NCBI GenBank assembly: GCA_000165345.1
Contig: CM000435.1
Span: forward strand, 960,001-1,024,000
Reading direction: 5' to 3'
DNA length: 64,000 nt
Shown: piece after piece, positions 52,801 to 62,000 of the stretch
Position numbering within the stretch: position 1 is the stretch's first letter
Layout: every line of letters starts with the position of its first letter
The notes under the pieces: model-generated
What the model saw: the letters and a program-made list of their open reading frames with translations, nothing else
Told to the model about the DNA's origin: nothing
The model's database searches: none
Position numbers and translations under genes: made by a program

Positions 52801-54703
52801 AATCAAGTTCGTCATTTAATTTGGATGAAGCACCAAAGTTACAGGTATTTTTTGTAATACTTTTCCCTTGATAAACATCTATAGTTCTATCAGAAATGAA
52901 GTCAACAACTGGAATTAATGATCTTTTTTTATGTTTTGGAAGTAAATACTGAACTTTTTCAATTTCAAGATTAGGATTGGAAGAATCAAAGATTTCTGAA
53001 GAAAAGATTCCTTGTAGATCTGAAAAATGAGTTTGTACTCCTCCTTGAATGAAAGGTAATACGTAAAGTTTCTTTGTAAAGTAAGCCCCAAATCCTAAAA
53101 GAGCTCCAGTATTAGAAACTTCAGCACAGATATACTTGAGATCATTTCCAGAGAAAGTTCTTTTAAAGCTTGGAACTCTTTCTTGGATAAATATAGTACT
53201 AATTCCATCAATAACAATTTCCAAATATGAGACAAACCCTAATTGGAGTCTACTCATATTTTCCTCAGTAATTCCAATTGTAATTTGGGATATAGATCCA
53301 GTTCTAGAGACTCTAATAACTGAAGGATCAGTAACTCTTCTTCCAAGTAGGACTGAGCCATTTGAAACAGTTTCCCTAAATTCGATTGAAATTGGGATAT
53401 GTTTTGAGGTATATGAAACTTCAATAAAGTTGAAATTTAACTGGTTGATTGAATTTGGTAGTTTAAAGAGAAAGAAATTGCTTTGATATTTACCCGAAGA
53501 TGTTCCAAAAAGCATTTGACATTCTGGCCAAAGCTTAGGAACTGCAAGTACTTTATCAGTTTTAACACTAAAATTCTCAAATGTATATGATTCCGGAGAA
53601 GAATTAATTGGAATGGTTTTAATAGGCTGAATAGTAACTGGAATTAATGCTATTCTATTAATAAGATTCATTTTTTTGTCCGTTTTTAACCCAATACAAC
53701 CTCCTGTCATAAAGCTTCCACTCCATTCTTTATATTTTGAGAATTGAGATCTTGGTATAAAAGGTGGATTTTCTCTTAAATCATAAGCAATATGAAAATC
53801 ATTATTTGGAACATTAACTCCAAATGTTCCATCAAATCCTGAGGCTGAAAATCCTGCAAGATACTCTTGTCCAGTTATAGATCTTTCTATAAATGCATTA
53901 GCCTTGTGAATCCACATTTTCTTTTCTTGTGGTATTGATAATCTAATATTAGATTTAGCAAGACTTCCAAAATAAATAAAACTTTGATTATCATCACATC
54001 CAAATCCCAAACCAGTAATTGCTATTTCAATATGTTTGAGATCGTTTGAATCTTTCTTTTTTTTTGCATTGAATTTTAGCTCTTTATATTCGAATCTCAA
54101 ATAGGAAATTGCTGATCCAGATGGACATTTGAAACTGATCATTTTGGATTTGGAGATTCCTTCAGCCTCAAGTAAATGACCAGCACATTCATCATCAATC
54201 CTATCTTCCATTATTAACATTGATCCAGAAGTATAAAAGCCCTCAATACGTTTTTCTTCAGGCAAATAGTTTGAAGTATACAGAGGATATTTTGTACTTT
54301 TTATAGATTTTGGATTTTTTGAGTATATTTTACTCATTTTTGAATAGTATTGAGCACTTGCAATTTCATCCTCAATATTTATTCGACTAATTTTTTCATT
54401 TCGATCTTTTCTAGACAATAAATCTGGATACCTTGAAATAGAACTAGGTAAATCACTTGAAGGCTTGTTTTTGTTTGATTTCTTAATTTCACTTTTTTTT
54501 TCAGCTTTCTGTAACGTCTTTGAACTGGATTTAGTTAAAGGTGATTCTCCTATTTCTGTTCCTAAACCCCTTTGTTCTAATATATGTCCTGCACCTGATT
54601 TCACTTCAGTAACAATACTAGATCCTACATATTTTACTTCAAATGATACCACAGCTACCAGAATGAAAAGAGCTAACCATGAAATTAACTGTTTGTTTCT
54701 CAT
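49802..54703 (-). CDS. Large secreted protein (1633 aa) with an internally repeated Cys-containing module
   Basis: Signal peptide MRNKQLISWLALFILVAVVSFEV. The module recurs as FKCPSGSAISYLRF, FTCPKGHVITHIHAK, FTVSCPDSSSFTKIIPLK, LVTCKPGYFLKGLHVF and AVLCPVNHRVATIMLYL. No transmembrane helix is seen after the signal peptide. Confidence 0.65.
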   Translation of the reverse strand: MRNKQLISWLALFILVAVVSFEVKYVGSSIVTEVKSGAGHILEQRGLGTEIGESPLTKSSSKTLQKAEKKSEIKKSNKNKPSSDLPSSISRYPDLLSRKDRNEKISRINIEDEIASAQYYSKMSKIYSKNPKSIKSTKYPLYTSNYLPEEKRIEGFYTSGSMLIMEDRIDDECAGHLLEAEGISKSKMISFKCPSGSAISYLRFEYKELKFNAKKKKDSNDLKHIEIAITGLGFGCDDNQSFIYFGSLAKSNIRLSIPQEKKMWIHKANAFIERSITGQEYLAGFSASGFDGTFGVNVPNNDFHIAYDLRENPPFIPRSQFSKYKEWSGSFMTGGCIGLKTDKKMNLINRIALIPVTIQPIKTIPINSSPESYTFENFSVKTDKVLAVPKLWPECQMLFGTSSGKYQSNFFLFKLPNSINQLNFNFIEVSYTSKHIPISIEFRETVSNGSVLLGRRVTDPSVIRVSRTGSISQITIGITEENMSRLQLGFVSYLEIVIDGISTIFIQERVPSFKRTFSGNDLKYICAEVSNTGALLGFGAYFTKKLYVLPFIQGGVQTHFSDLQGIFSSEIFDSSNPNLEIEKVQYLLPKHKKRSLIPVVDFISDRTIDVYQGKSITKNTCNFGASSKLNDELDYYLVTCKPGYFLKGLHVFSNTSEDIIQAFQIACGNGEVRIGEKTPNKEGVTIMEDVQEAQSLGFEIGYRGENLSDEFILVSLKIYNSEGNELFYHRTVDKKLKQIITSDSKISWRYEKDGSFNGMCLGIETINGRSVIKGIALAKPEIPGEVKISQSIVRPNIFYPGEYRAFGLAYIAFGDVAIATRIGSSAPEECKNEWVINRKNKKLEKPKDVGTFAFTCPKGHVITHIHAKSNKKTELMGIVGLLCSDGYSGAIIGTYQDLITISNISLVESLLDISPPYYIHSVLAGIPNIFSDRFLAKLETYSHTFSGEANLIYRYLSSKNGISHKKGTKSSEIKDGPFDTFCTLIQSRLIRNSIKLKKEGILNIGLKPAPKMETLKGGNPIKSVGNIFVNQISYPQCQVTRAPLTTEIRETFTVSCPDSSSFTKIIPLKISPENNSKIVAFIIECDNGGRTLIGYSSIKVDLETLVDIPQDYKGYSKDLPAQYLTEIDVSFDFKKTGIQGFDLFINDGRSSIYPVGVNKEEIPTLYTRRYIGYSLSMICLEFGETSKEITGFGAYFKSQGLYWEDEFILPPTQFPFIKEEKESLGNKNSKVEQSKFVQISNSFIVHEPEAICESWAGIHNSKVNLSFGLSCGETTIKEITICYNEDNSEIIGLKAVCDDKDENSSFNIGICNDKNLKKAISMINVSELEFGFSKNSNTFGFFLVSNSEGIVLNKFKTKAINSEGLGSSIYWSSDSNHGKILSTLCFDLDETNGKIHAVGVPFETNEKVWSKIEPLTIDEEIIHTNRHYASEPKESKTVRGIPKVNSHANLENITTLSLNELYGGYVTHDKNEFSTYCRKLVGIHKDNSKNTAVLCPVNHRVATIMLYLSSPPPDGRIVGMYVACHNQFRSERVSVDDSWTGMFDIGTKTEYILKQGSAATIFKRLSFGMNSRNNLIHVYASDEIGRKYLMYSQSGETISKFTEYNQSEGYNYLRGLCFEMDDKDIHRIGFIIE

Positions 54704-54806
54704 TTAATATGGATAATCTTCTTTTGCCAATCTCTTTCCTAAGTTTTCATTAATCCCAAATATGTGGCTTACTCACGTATGCACTACTTTGAATTTGAGA
54801 TCGGCC

Positions 54807-54822
54807 ATTTTCGCGCCTTTTC
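54807..54822. promoter_or_regulatory. E2F-like ATTTTCGCGCCTTTTC about 110 nt upstream of the 1633-aa secreted-protein gene. ATATTGGCGCCAGATGATC at 56271-56289 lies about 85 nt upstream of the Pro-rich gene.
   Basis: Seen directly. Confidence 0.4.
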
Positions 54823-56372
54823 AACAGTGATTATTATATATTTGTTTTTTTATAATGCCTATATTGAAAATATTGCATGTATGAAAAAAAAAACATTTCT
54901 AATTTGAAAATTTAATATTAAAGTTAAGAAATGATTAGTGAGTTTAATTTAGATTTGTTTGGTTTGAGAAGATACACAGTTAAGTTCTATGAATAATTTT
55001 CATTTTGATTAAATATTATTGAGAGTAGTTTTTTATTAATTTAGTTTTTTTTCTTATAAGGCATAAAGAAACTAAAAATCAAGTTTCAAGTTATGAAAAG
55101 GAAATAAAAAGAAATAAATTTAAGATAATTAGGAATAAATTTTTAGGAAAAGATGATTTTAGATGGTTTTTTTTTTAGTATTTATATGAAATAAACTATT
55201 CAAATTTTGGATTCTTTTTTCCCATCGCTTATTCACTTAATTATTTCAAGCCTATTTAGTTCTTCATATTTGCATACCAAGCTCCAATAACTCATTAAAT
55301 AAAAGTTGCATGTGAATTTTCATGCTTTTTTTTTTATTAAATAAAAGTAAAGTTATGACGTTCATATTTGGAGAAAAATAATAAAGAAATGAATAGTGAG
55401 TTATCTAACTTCCCAAGCTCAAGTTTAAATCAAATTCTAACACAAACATATTATATTACTAATAAAACAATTACAAAAAAAAGTTATTAAATTTTCTTAT
55501 TTCTTTTTTTAAATTTATAGTCATGCACATTTGGGCGGGAAATGCCAGTTTTATTTCTTTTTATTCTGGGAAAATAAATTGCACCTAATTATTATTTATA
55601 TTATAATTGAAGTTGGAAAGAATAATAATAGAAAAATAATATTAAAAAGAATTCTAAAGTTTTTATTTATTTATTTTTTAATAAATTTGTTAATCATTAG
55701 TTATAATTTCTTATTTATTTCCCTTTTTCCCTTATTTTCCCCCCTCTCCACCCCACATCCATTAAAACATTGATTTCTTATATTTAACGTAAAGTATTCA
55801 TTTGGAATTTGTGCATGCGCTTAAATACAGGTAACCCGCCTTATTAATATTATTTATTTTAGCCACTTGAATTTGTCAAGTTAGAAATTATTATTAATTA
55901 TTAGATAGGAAAGAAAAAACTTTAAAATAAGTCTAAGAACTTATATTATTACTAAAACAAATATTGAATTTTTATTTATTAACATCATAAATATATTAAC
56001 TCTCTTAGTAATTTTCTTTTTCTTTTGTCATAACAGTTTTTCTATATTTCTAAACCTAGTTTGTTGGTCTAATTTTACTATAAATAATATGAACTCAAAA
56101 GTCTTTAACAAAAAAAAAAAAAAGAAAAAAAAAAGAAATGAGCTTTTAAGAATAATGGTAGTAAAATTGTTTTCCCAAGATTTTAAACATCTAATTGTCT
56201 GTAAATTAAAAGTTTTAACTTTTGCCAATTAACGAGGGAAATTATTAACTAGAGATCAGCAAATACGATATATTGGCGCCAGATGATCTTAAAATGTTCT
56301 TAAGAACTGAAATATAACTAAAAAAAATTAATAAATGAGTGAGTAAATTGTTCATTTATAATACATTTGAAG

Positions 56373-58883
56373 ATGAATTTGACTTCTTTGTATTTTATTT
56401 TTTTGCTTTTTCTCATAAGCTCTCCGTTTGGAAATTCAGTTTACGTTACTAAAGAAGAATTATGGGCTAAAATTAAGACTGAATCACAAAGTGGCTCATC
56501 ATCTCCAGCATCAAGAATCGTCAAGGATGTGGGTGGACCCTGTCCTGCTGATGTAACTAGAACTGGAGGAATTTCCAGAGAAGATTTAGAGGAACTTTGC
56601 TTTGATCTTGTTAAGAGTGTAATAAGTAGTTGCCCAAAACCTATCTTTAATGCTGAATATATTCTTTATACATCAAGTGGAAGAACGGTTAAAGTTCTTG
56701 GGGTCAGAGCTAATACAAGATTTGTGGTTGATAGATTACTTGGTAAATTTTGTAGGTTGGTAATCAGTATGATGAATATTGACTCTGTCTCTCAACCTGG
56801 TCCACACCAACCACCCACGAAACCAACACCGCCTTATCCATTACCTCAATTATCCCCATCTCCATCCCCTTATCCTTCCCCAGCAATTAGTTTGCCACCT
56901 TATCCTACGCCATCGTCCCCAACACCGATGCCAATGCCAATGCCAATGCCAACGCCAACGCCAATACAAATACCAATCCGTCCTTTACAAACACCACCGC
57001 AGTCACCACCACCACCACCACCACCACCACCACCACCACCACCACCACCAACTTATCCAGCACCAACACTACCATCTACTTTTCCAAGACCACAACCACT
57101 ACAAAGACCTTTAGGACCGCTACAAGCGGAATGGAATAAGATTGTGACTGCTGCAACACATGGACCTGCAAGTCGATACGTTTCTTCAGTTCCAGGAACT
57201 CCATTCCCATCTTTCGTCTTAGGAAAAGATATAAATGAAAAGGTTGAACAGTGTATCAAGGCTTTAAGGGAAATGGTTAGTTCAGCTATTAGCTCAAATA
57301 AAAAGTCATATACTAATGGAAATCTTGTTTTGACAGTTGAAACCATTTCAGATAAAATGGTTACTGTTCAAGAAAAACTAGTTCTGATGACTAATAGCGA
57401 TGAACCTTCTTATATCAAGGAATTAATCAAGAAATTCTGTGAAAATGTGTATTCCGTCAAAGTTTCCAAGGTTGAAGTCAAGGAGTGGGAAAAGATTTAT
57501 AAACAATCCCAGAAAAGCGTAATAGTTCAGAAGCTACCAACTGAAGCTCCTAATTACTACATTGTTACTGGTGCTGATACTTCCAGTTTGTTCAGAGCTT
57601 GCGTAAATGCTTTAAAGACTTTATTTACCACTAGTAATATAAGTAGTCTTACTCAAAATTATGCAGCTTTGTCAAGTACTCTTAATTTTAGTGGAACATA
57701 TTCAACATCAAGTGGTACTAGTCAATCGTTTTTCTCATCACTCTTCTGCTCTTATCCCTATAATCAGGCAGGAATTGAAGAAGCTATTTTGGCCTTCTGT
57801 AGCGAAGTTTACTATGGAGTTTCAACGCAAGATTTTAAAGTAAGGGCAGAGTTTGAAAGTGTTTATAGTATTATTCAGCAAGCAACAAGTGGACCTAATT
57901 CTCCCTTTGGTAGACTCCCTGTTACATCTCCAAAATTCCAAATGCCATTTTTATCTCGATTCCAACTTACTCATCATGGAAACTTTAGTCCAGTTGACTT
58001 GGTGGATATTTGCAAAAATTTATTCAGAGAAATTTTTGATAAAAGCCATAGCAAGATTCCTGTAAATACTATTACTGTAAGACCTTCTTTAATTTCTGGA
58101 GTCTCTCCCAAGAGAGTTCAAAGGCTTACAGTCAATTGGGGTGGTAATTTGGGTGATGTTAGTATCGACTTCCCTTTTGTTGAATCCACAACTGGTTCAA
58201 GCGCATCTTTGCAAGATATTGTTGAAATATTCTGTAAAGAAGTATTCCAATCCAACGTTCCAATACCTAAAACTCTAAATCTAGGATTACCCCAACTTTC
58301 ACCATATTTGCCATCCCCCCAGCCAATTCCACAAACAATTCCACAACCAATTCCACAACCAATTCCTCAACCAATTCCTCAACCAATTTCTCAATATCCT
58401 GACTCATATTCAGGGCCAAGACCTCCATCAGGTTTCCCAAATCAAATAACTCAAAAAGCTGTAATGGTACAACATGCAGGTACTTCAACATTAAGTCATT
58501 CACGTAGTATTTGGAACAAAATTTATCATCATTCCAACTTCGGACTTGGATCTGGAACAATTACGGGTTTTGGACCTCATAGACATGGTGATTTTATTGT
58601 ATCCTCTACGGGGGAAGCTCTGTACAATTATTGCTACAATCTCCTTGCTGATTTCTATAGCACAGCCAATAATTACAAACTTTCTGGGGATAAAAAGAGA
58701 TTGAGTGTCAGTAAACAAGTAAATATGGATCTTGGTAAAGGTAACGAGAGGGAGAGATTAACTTCACAAAGTTGTACTTTGGTGTTTATTATTCCAACTA
58801 ATACTCAGGGTGGTAATTCAGAAGGAAGCCAAATAGTGAAGCTTATCGAAAAGTTTTGTAGATCTTTTGTAAGCATGTCATAA
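56373..58883 (+). CDS. Secreted proline-rich repeat protein (about 836 aa)
   Basis: The true ATG is at 56373; the track starts at TTG 56367. Signal peptide MNLTSLYFIFLLFLISSPFGNS. Three distinct Pro-repeat blocks are PMPMPMPTPTP, P16 and (PIPQ)n. Confidence 0.6.
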   Translation: MNLTSLYFIFLLFLISSPFGNSVYVTKEELWAKIKTESQSGSSSPASRIVKDVGGPCPADVTRTGGISREDLEELCFDLVKSVISSCPKPIFNAEYILYTSSGRTVKVLGVRANTRFVVDRLLGKFCRLVISMMNIDSVSQPGPHQPPTKPTPPYPLPQLSPSPSPYPSPAISLPPYPTPSSPTPMPMPMPMPTPTPIQIPIRPLQTPPQSPPPPPPPPPPPPPPPTYPAPTLPSTFPRPQPLQRPLGPLQAEWNKIVTAATHGPASRYVSSVPGTPFPSFVLGKDINEKVEQCIKALREMVSSAISSNKKSYTNGNLVLTVETISDKMVTVQEKLVLMTNSDEPSYIKELIKKFCENVYSVKVSKVEVKEWEKIYKQSQKSVIVQKLPTEAPNYYIVTGADTSSLFRACVNALKTLFTTSNISSLTQNYAALSSTLNFSGTYSTSSGTSQSFFSSLFCSYPYNQAGIEEAILAFCSEVYYGVSTQDFKVRAEFESVYSIIQQATSGPNSPFGRLPVTSPKFQMPFLSRFQLTHHGNFSPVDLVDICKNLFREIFDKSHSKIPVNTITVRPSLISGVSPKRVQRLTVNWGGNLGDVSIDFPFVESTTGSSASLQDIVEIFCKEVFQSNVPIPKTLNLGLPQLSPYLPSPQPIPQTIPQPIPQPIPQPIPQPISQYPDSYSGPRPPSGFPNQITQKAVMVQHAGTSTLSHSRSIWNKIYHHSNFGLGSGTITGFGPHRHGDFIVSSTGEALYNYCYNLLADFYSTANNYKLSGDKKRLSVSKQVNMDLGKGNERERLTSQSCTLVFIIPTNTQGGNSEGSQIVKLIEKFCRSFVSMS
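56925..57051 (+). repeat. Coding microsatellites: (CCAATG/CCAACG)n at 56925-56966 and (CCA)16 at 57004-57051
   Basis: Seen directly. They encode PMPMPMPTPTP and PPPPPPPPPPPPPPPP. The alternate frame gives the spurious poly-His track ORF 56779..57114. Confidence 0.85.
58323..58394 (+). repeat. Coding 12-nt tandem repeat (CCACAACCAATT-like) x6 encoding (PIPQ)n
   Basis: ccaattccacaaacaattccacaaccaattccacaaccaattcctcaaccaattcctcaaccaatttctcaa. Confidence 0.8.
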
Positions 58884-59068
58884 ACAGATTTAAAGGAAGA
58901 AAATGATTAAATTAAAAAGAAATCTTCACATTACTTAGGATATAGATAGGAACATAGAACATAAATTTAGGGGTTTAATTCTAGGAATAAAGAGTCTGGA
59001 TCAAGGAATGATCTATACTACTAGAACGGATTCTAACTAATAATTAAATCGTTAATTTGATGAAGATT

Positions 59069-62000
59069 CTAGCGTTCGCCATGGACTAGAGAATAGAAAA
59101 TGCTTTTAGGATTAGAGAGCAATAAATTGGGATGATCGAATTCAACAATCTTACCAGAATCCAAAACCATAATTTTGTCATAGTCAAGAACAGTTTGTAC
59201 TCTGTGAGCAACTGCTAATATAGTAGAATTGTGAAACTCAGCTCTAATAGTCTTTTGTATAAGAGAATCAGTATGAGAATCAACAGAGGATGTAGCTTCA
59301 TCTAGCAAAACTACCTTGCTTTGTCTTAATAAAGCTCTAGCAAGACAAAGAAGCTGTTTTTGTCCAGCACTCAAAATTTGACCTCCTGATTCAAGTACTG
59401 TATATAAGCCTAATGCAAGATTTGAAACATAAGAATCCAAATGTGAACCTTTTAAAGCTTGGTATATTTCTTCGTCAGTATATTGTTGTAATGGATCCAA
59501 ATTAAATCTAATAGTACCAGAAAATATGATTGGATCTTGAGGTATAATTGAAATTCTACTTCTAAGATCAAATGTTCCAATTGAAGATATATCAATATCA
59601 TCAATCTTAATACAACCTCTCTCAGCTTCCACAAGTCTCAAAATAGATATAAATATACTACTTTTCCCAGCTCCAGTTCTTCCAACAACTCCAACTTTTT
59701 CTCCTGGATGAATATTACAACTAATAGAATTGAGTACAAGTGGCATCTCAGGCTTATAACGAAGTTCAAGATCATGAAATTCAATTCTTCCTTGATATGG
59801 CCAGTTTCTAGGAGGCCTATGTTTATCCAATATTGGCATAGCCTCTAATGGAGTAGATACTGTATAATCTCTAATCCTTTCTAATCCAACCATAACTCCC
59901 TCAATTTCTCCAAGAACTCTAGTACCAAAATTCAAACAACTAGAAACTGATAGAGCAAAAGTCATAGCAGCTCCAAACATACCAGCAGTTGTTGGATCAT
60001 AAGCAACGGATATAACTCCAAGAGTTCCAGCAGTAAATACTGCAATACATCCCATAATTTCAAGTCGTACAAATAACCATCTATAAGCTGTTCCAGCATG
60101 ATATCTAATTTGAGCCTCAACTCGAATTGCATCATCCATCTTTTTAATGAATCTTTCTTGAGCATTAAAAGCTCTAATAGTTGTCAAACCATCAATAGTA
60201 TCAACAGTATGGGATAAAATAGGAGCAGCATATATTGCTGCAAATCTTTCACTTTGTCGTAACATAGGAGCATACTTTTTTGATACTTGAAAGAATAAAT
60301 ATGCAAGAACTGGAATACATATTAAGAATTTTGGAACTACTTTTGAAATAGAAACAGTGATTACAATAACTTTAGCAGTTGCAACCAATAAATCCCCAAT
60401 ATTACGAGGAAGAGAATCATCCAAGTTTGTAAGATCTCCAGTAAATCTATTCAAAATCCTACCAATAGGAGTAGATTCAAAAAAGCTCAATTTTGTATAT
60501 CTAAGTCTACTAAGTAACTTTTCATGAAAAGCTCTGGATGCATTAATTCCTCCATTTCTAACCAAAAGAGTGGATGTAATATGGGATAAGATATAGAATA
60601 TGATCAGAAGAATATAAATAAACACATCAGGTTCCCATATAGATGAGGATGAAGTTGAGACTGAAATTTCTGATGAATCTAAGAGTTTTTTTCTACCAGT
60701 CCAATTAGCTAACCAAAACATATTCCTTGAGAAAATGAATCCAGAAATAATATGACAAACCAGAATTCCAATCATATTAAGAACTCCCCATTCTGAAAAG
60801 TAGTTATAATAAGTTTCCTTGGAAACACTTCCAAGTTCTATTGATTCTTCTTGAATTATTTCAGCTCTCTTTTTGTTATTAAACAGTCCTCCTCCAGAAA
60901 CTAGTCTATCACTTGAGCTACTTTGAAGAAAGTCCATAGAACTTTCACTAAAATGAGAGTCACTTTCCTTCCTATAATGAGATCTAAGCTTTTCTCCACT
61001 CATCCTAATGGATGCTGTACGACCTTTAATAAAACCAACCTTATTAGCTCTTAGATATGGTGATACATGATTTTCTTCATTTAAAGAAATCGTTTGTAAG
61101 TTTGAATTCATTTCTAATTTGGGATTTTTCCCTTTTTCTAAATTATTTTCGCAAGTTCCTCCTTTTCTATTCGATTTTTGTGACGTCTTTCCAAGCTTAT
61201 ATGAGCTTATTGTATTATTAATTAGATCTTGAGTTGGAACTCTAGGAGTACTTGGAGTTGAGTTTTCAGTTTTTGTAACAAGTTCATCAAATAAATCTAC
61301 TGCAACAACATCATCCACAATTTTTCCAGTCTCTGAATCATCTGGTCCCAAAGGAGAACAGTCTTTGGGAGCAGTTATAGGTCTATTGTAAACATTATGA
61401 GTATTTGTAATCTCATTATCTCTATCAGAGTCTGTTGCCAGACTTGAGGGAAATCCTCTTAATGGTAAACTTCTAGGCTGAGGTTTATCCAAATTTCCAA
61501 AAACTTTACCATAAAAAGGTTTTCTTCCTTCAATTTCTGTCTCAAAACCATCCTCCTCTGCTGATTGTAAAGATTCAAAAGAAATGTTTTGTAAAGTAAA
61601 GCTTGGAAGTCTTGATAAACCCATAGGATTACCAACATATAACTGTTTCTTCTTTTCTGCGTCAAATAATATAACTCTATCCACATTTGGAATTATATCC
61701 AATTTATGAGTAACTAGTATAACACATTTCTCGCCTAGAAGTCCACATATACAGTTCTTAAAGATATGAGCTGCTACATGACTATCTACAGCACTTAAAC
61801 AATCATCCAATACATATACATCAGATTTCTGATAAACAGCTCTGGCTAGACTGATTCTTTGTCTTTGTCCACCTGATAAATTAATTCCCTTTTCTCCAAT
61901 TAGAGTTTGATCTCCATCTGGAAGGATTTGAAAATCCATCCAAAGAGCACAAGCTTTAATCACTGCATCATACCATTCAGGATCCATCTTTGTTCCAAAT

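Noticed and set aside
56779-57114. Track ORF with a 17-His run
   Set aside because: It is the alternate frame of the (CCA)n microsatellite, inside and overlapping the real Pro-rich gene in the correct frame.
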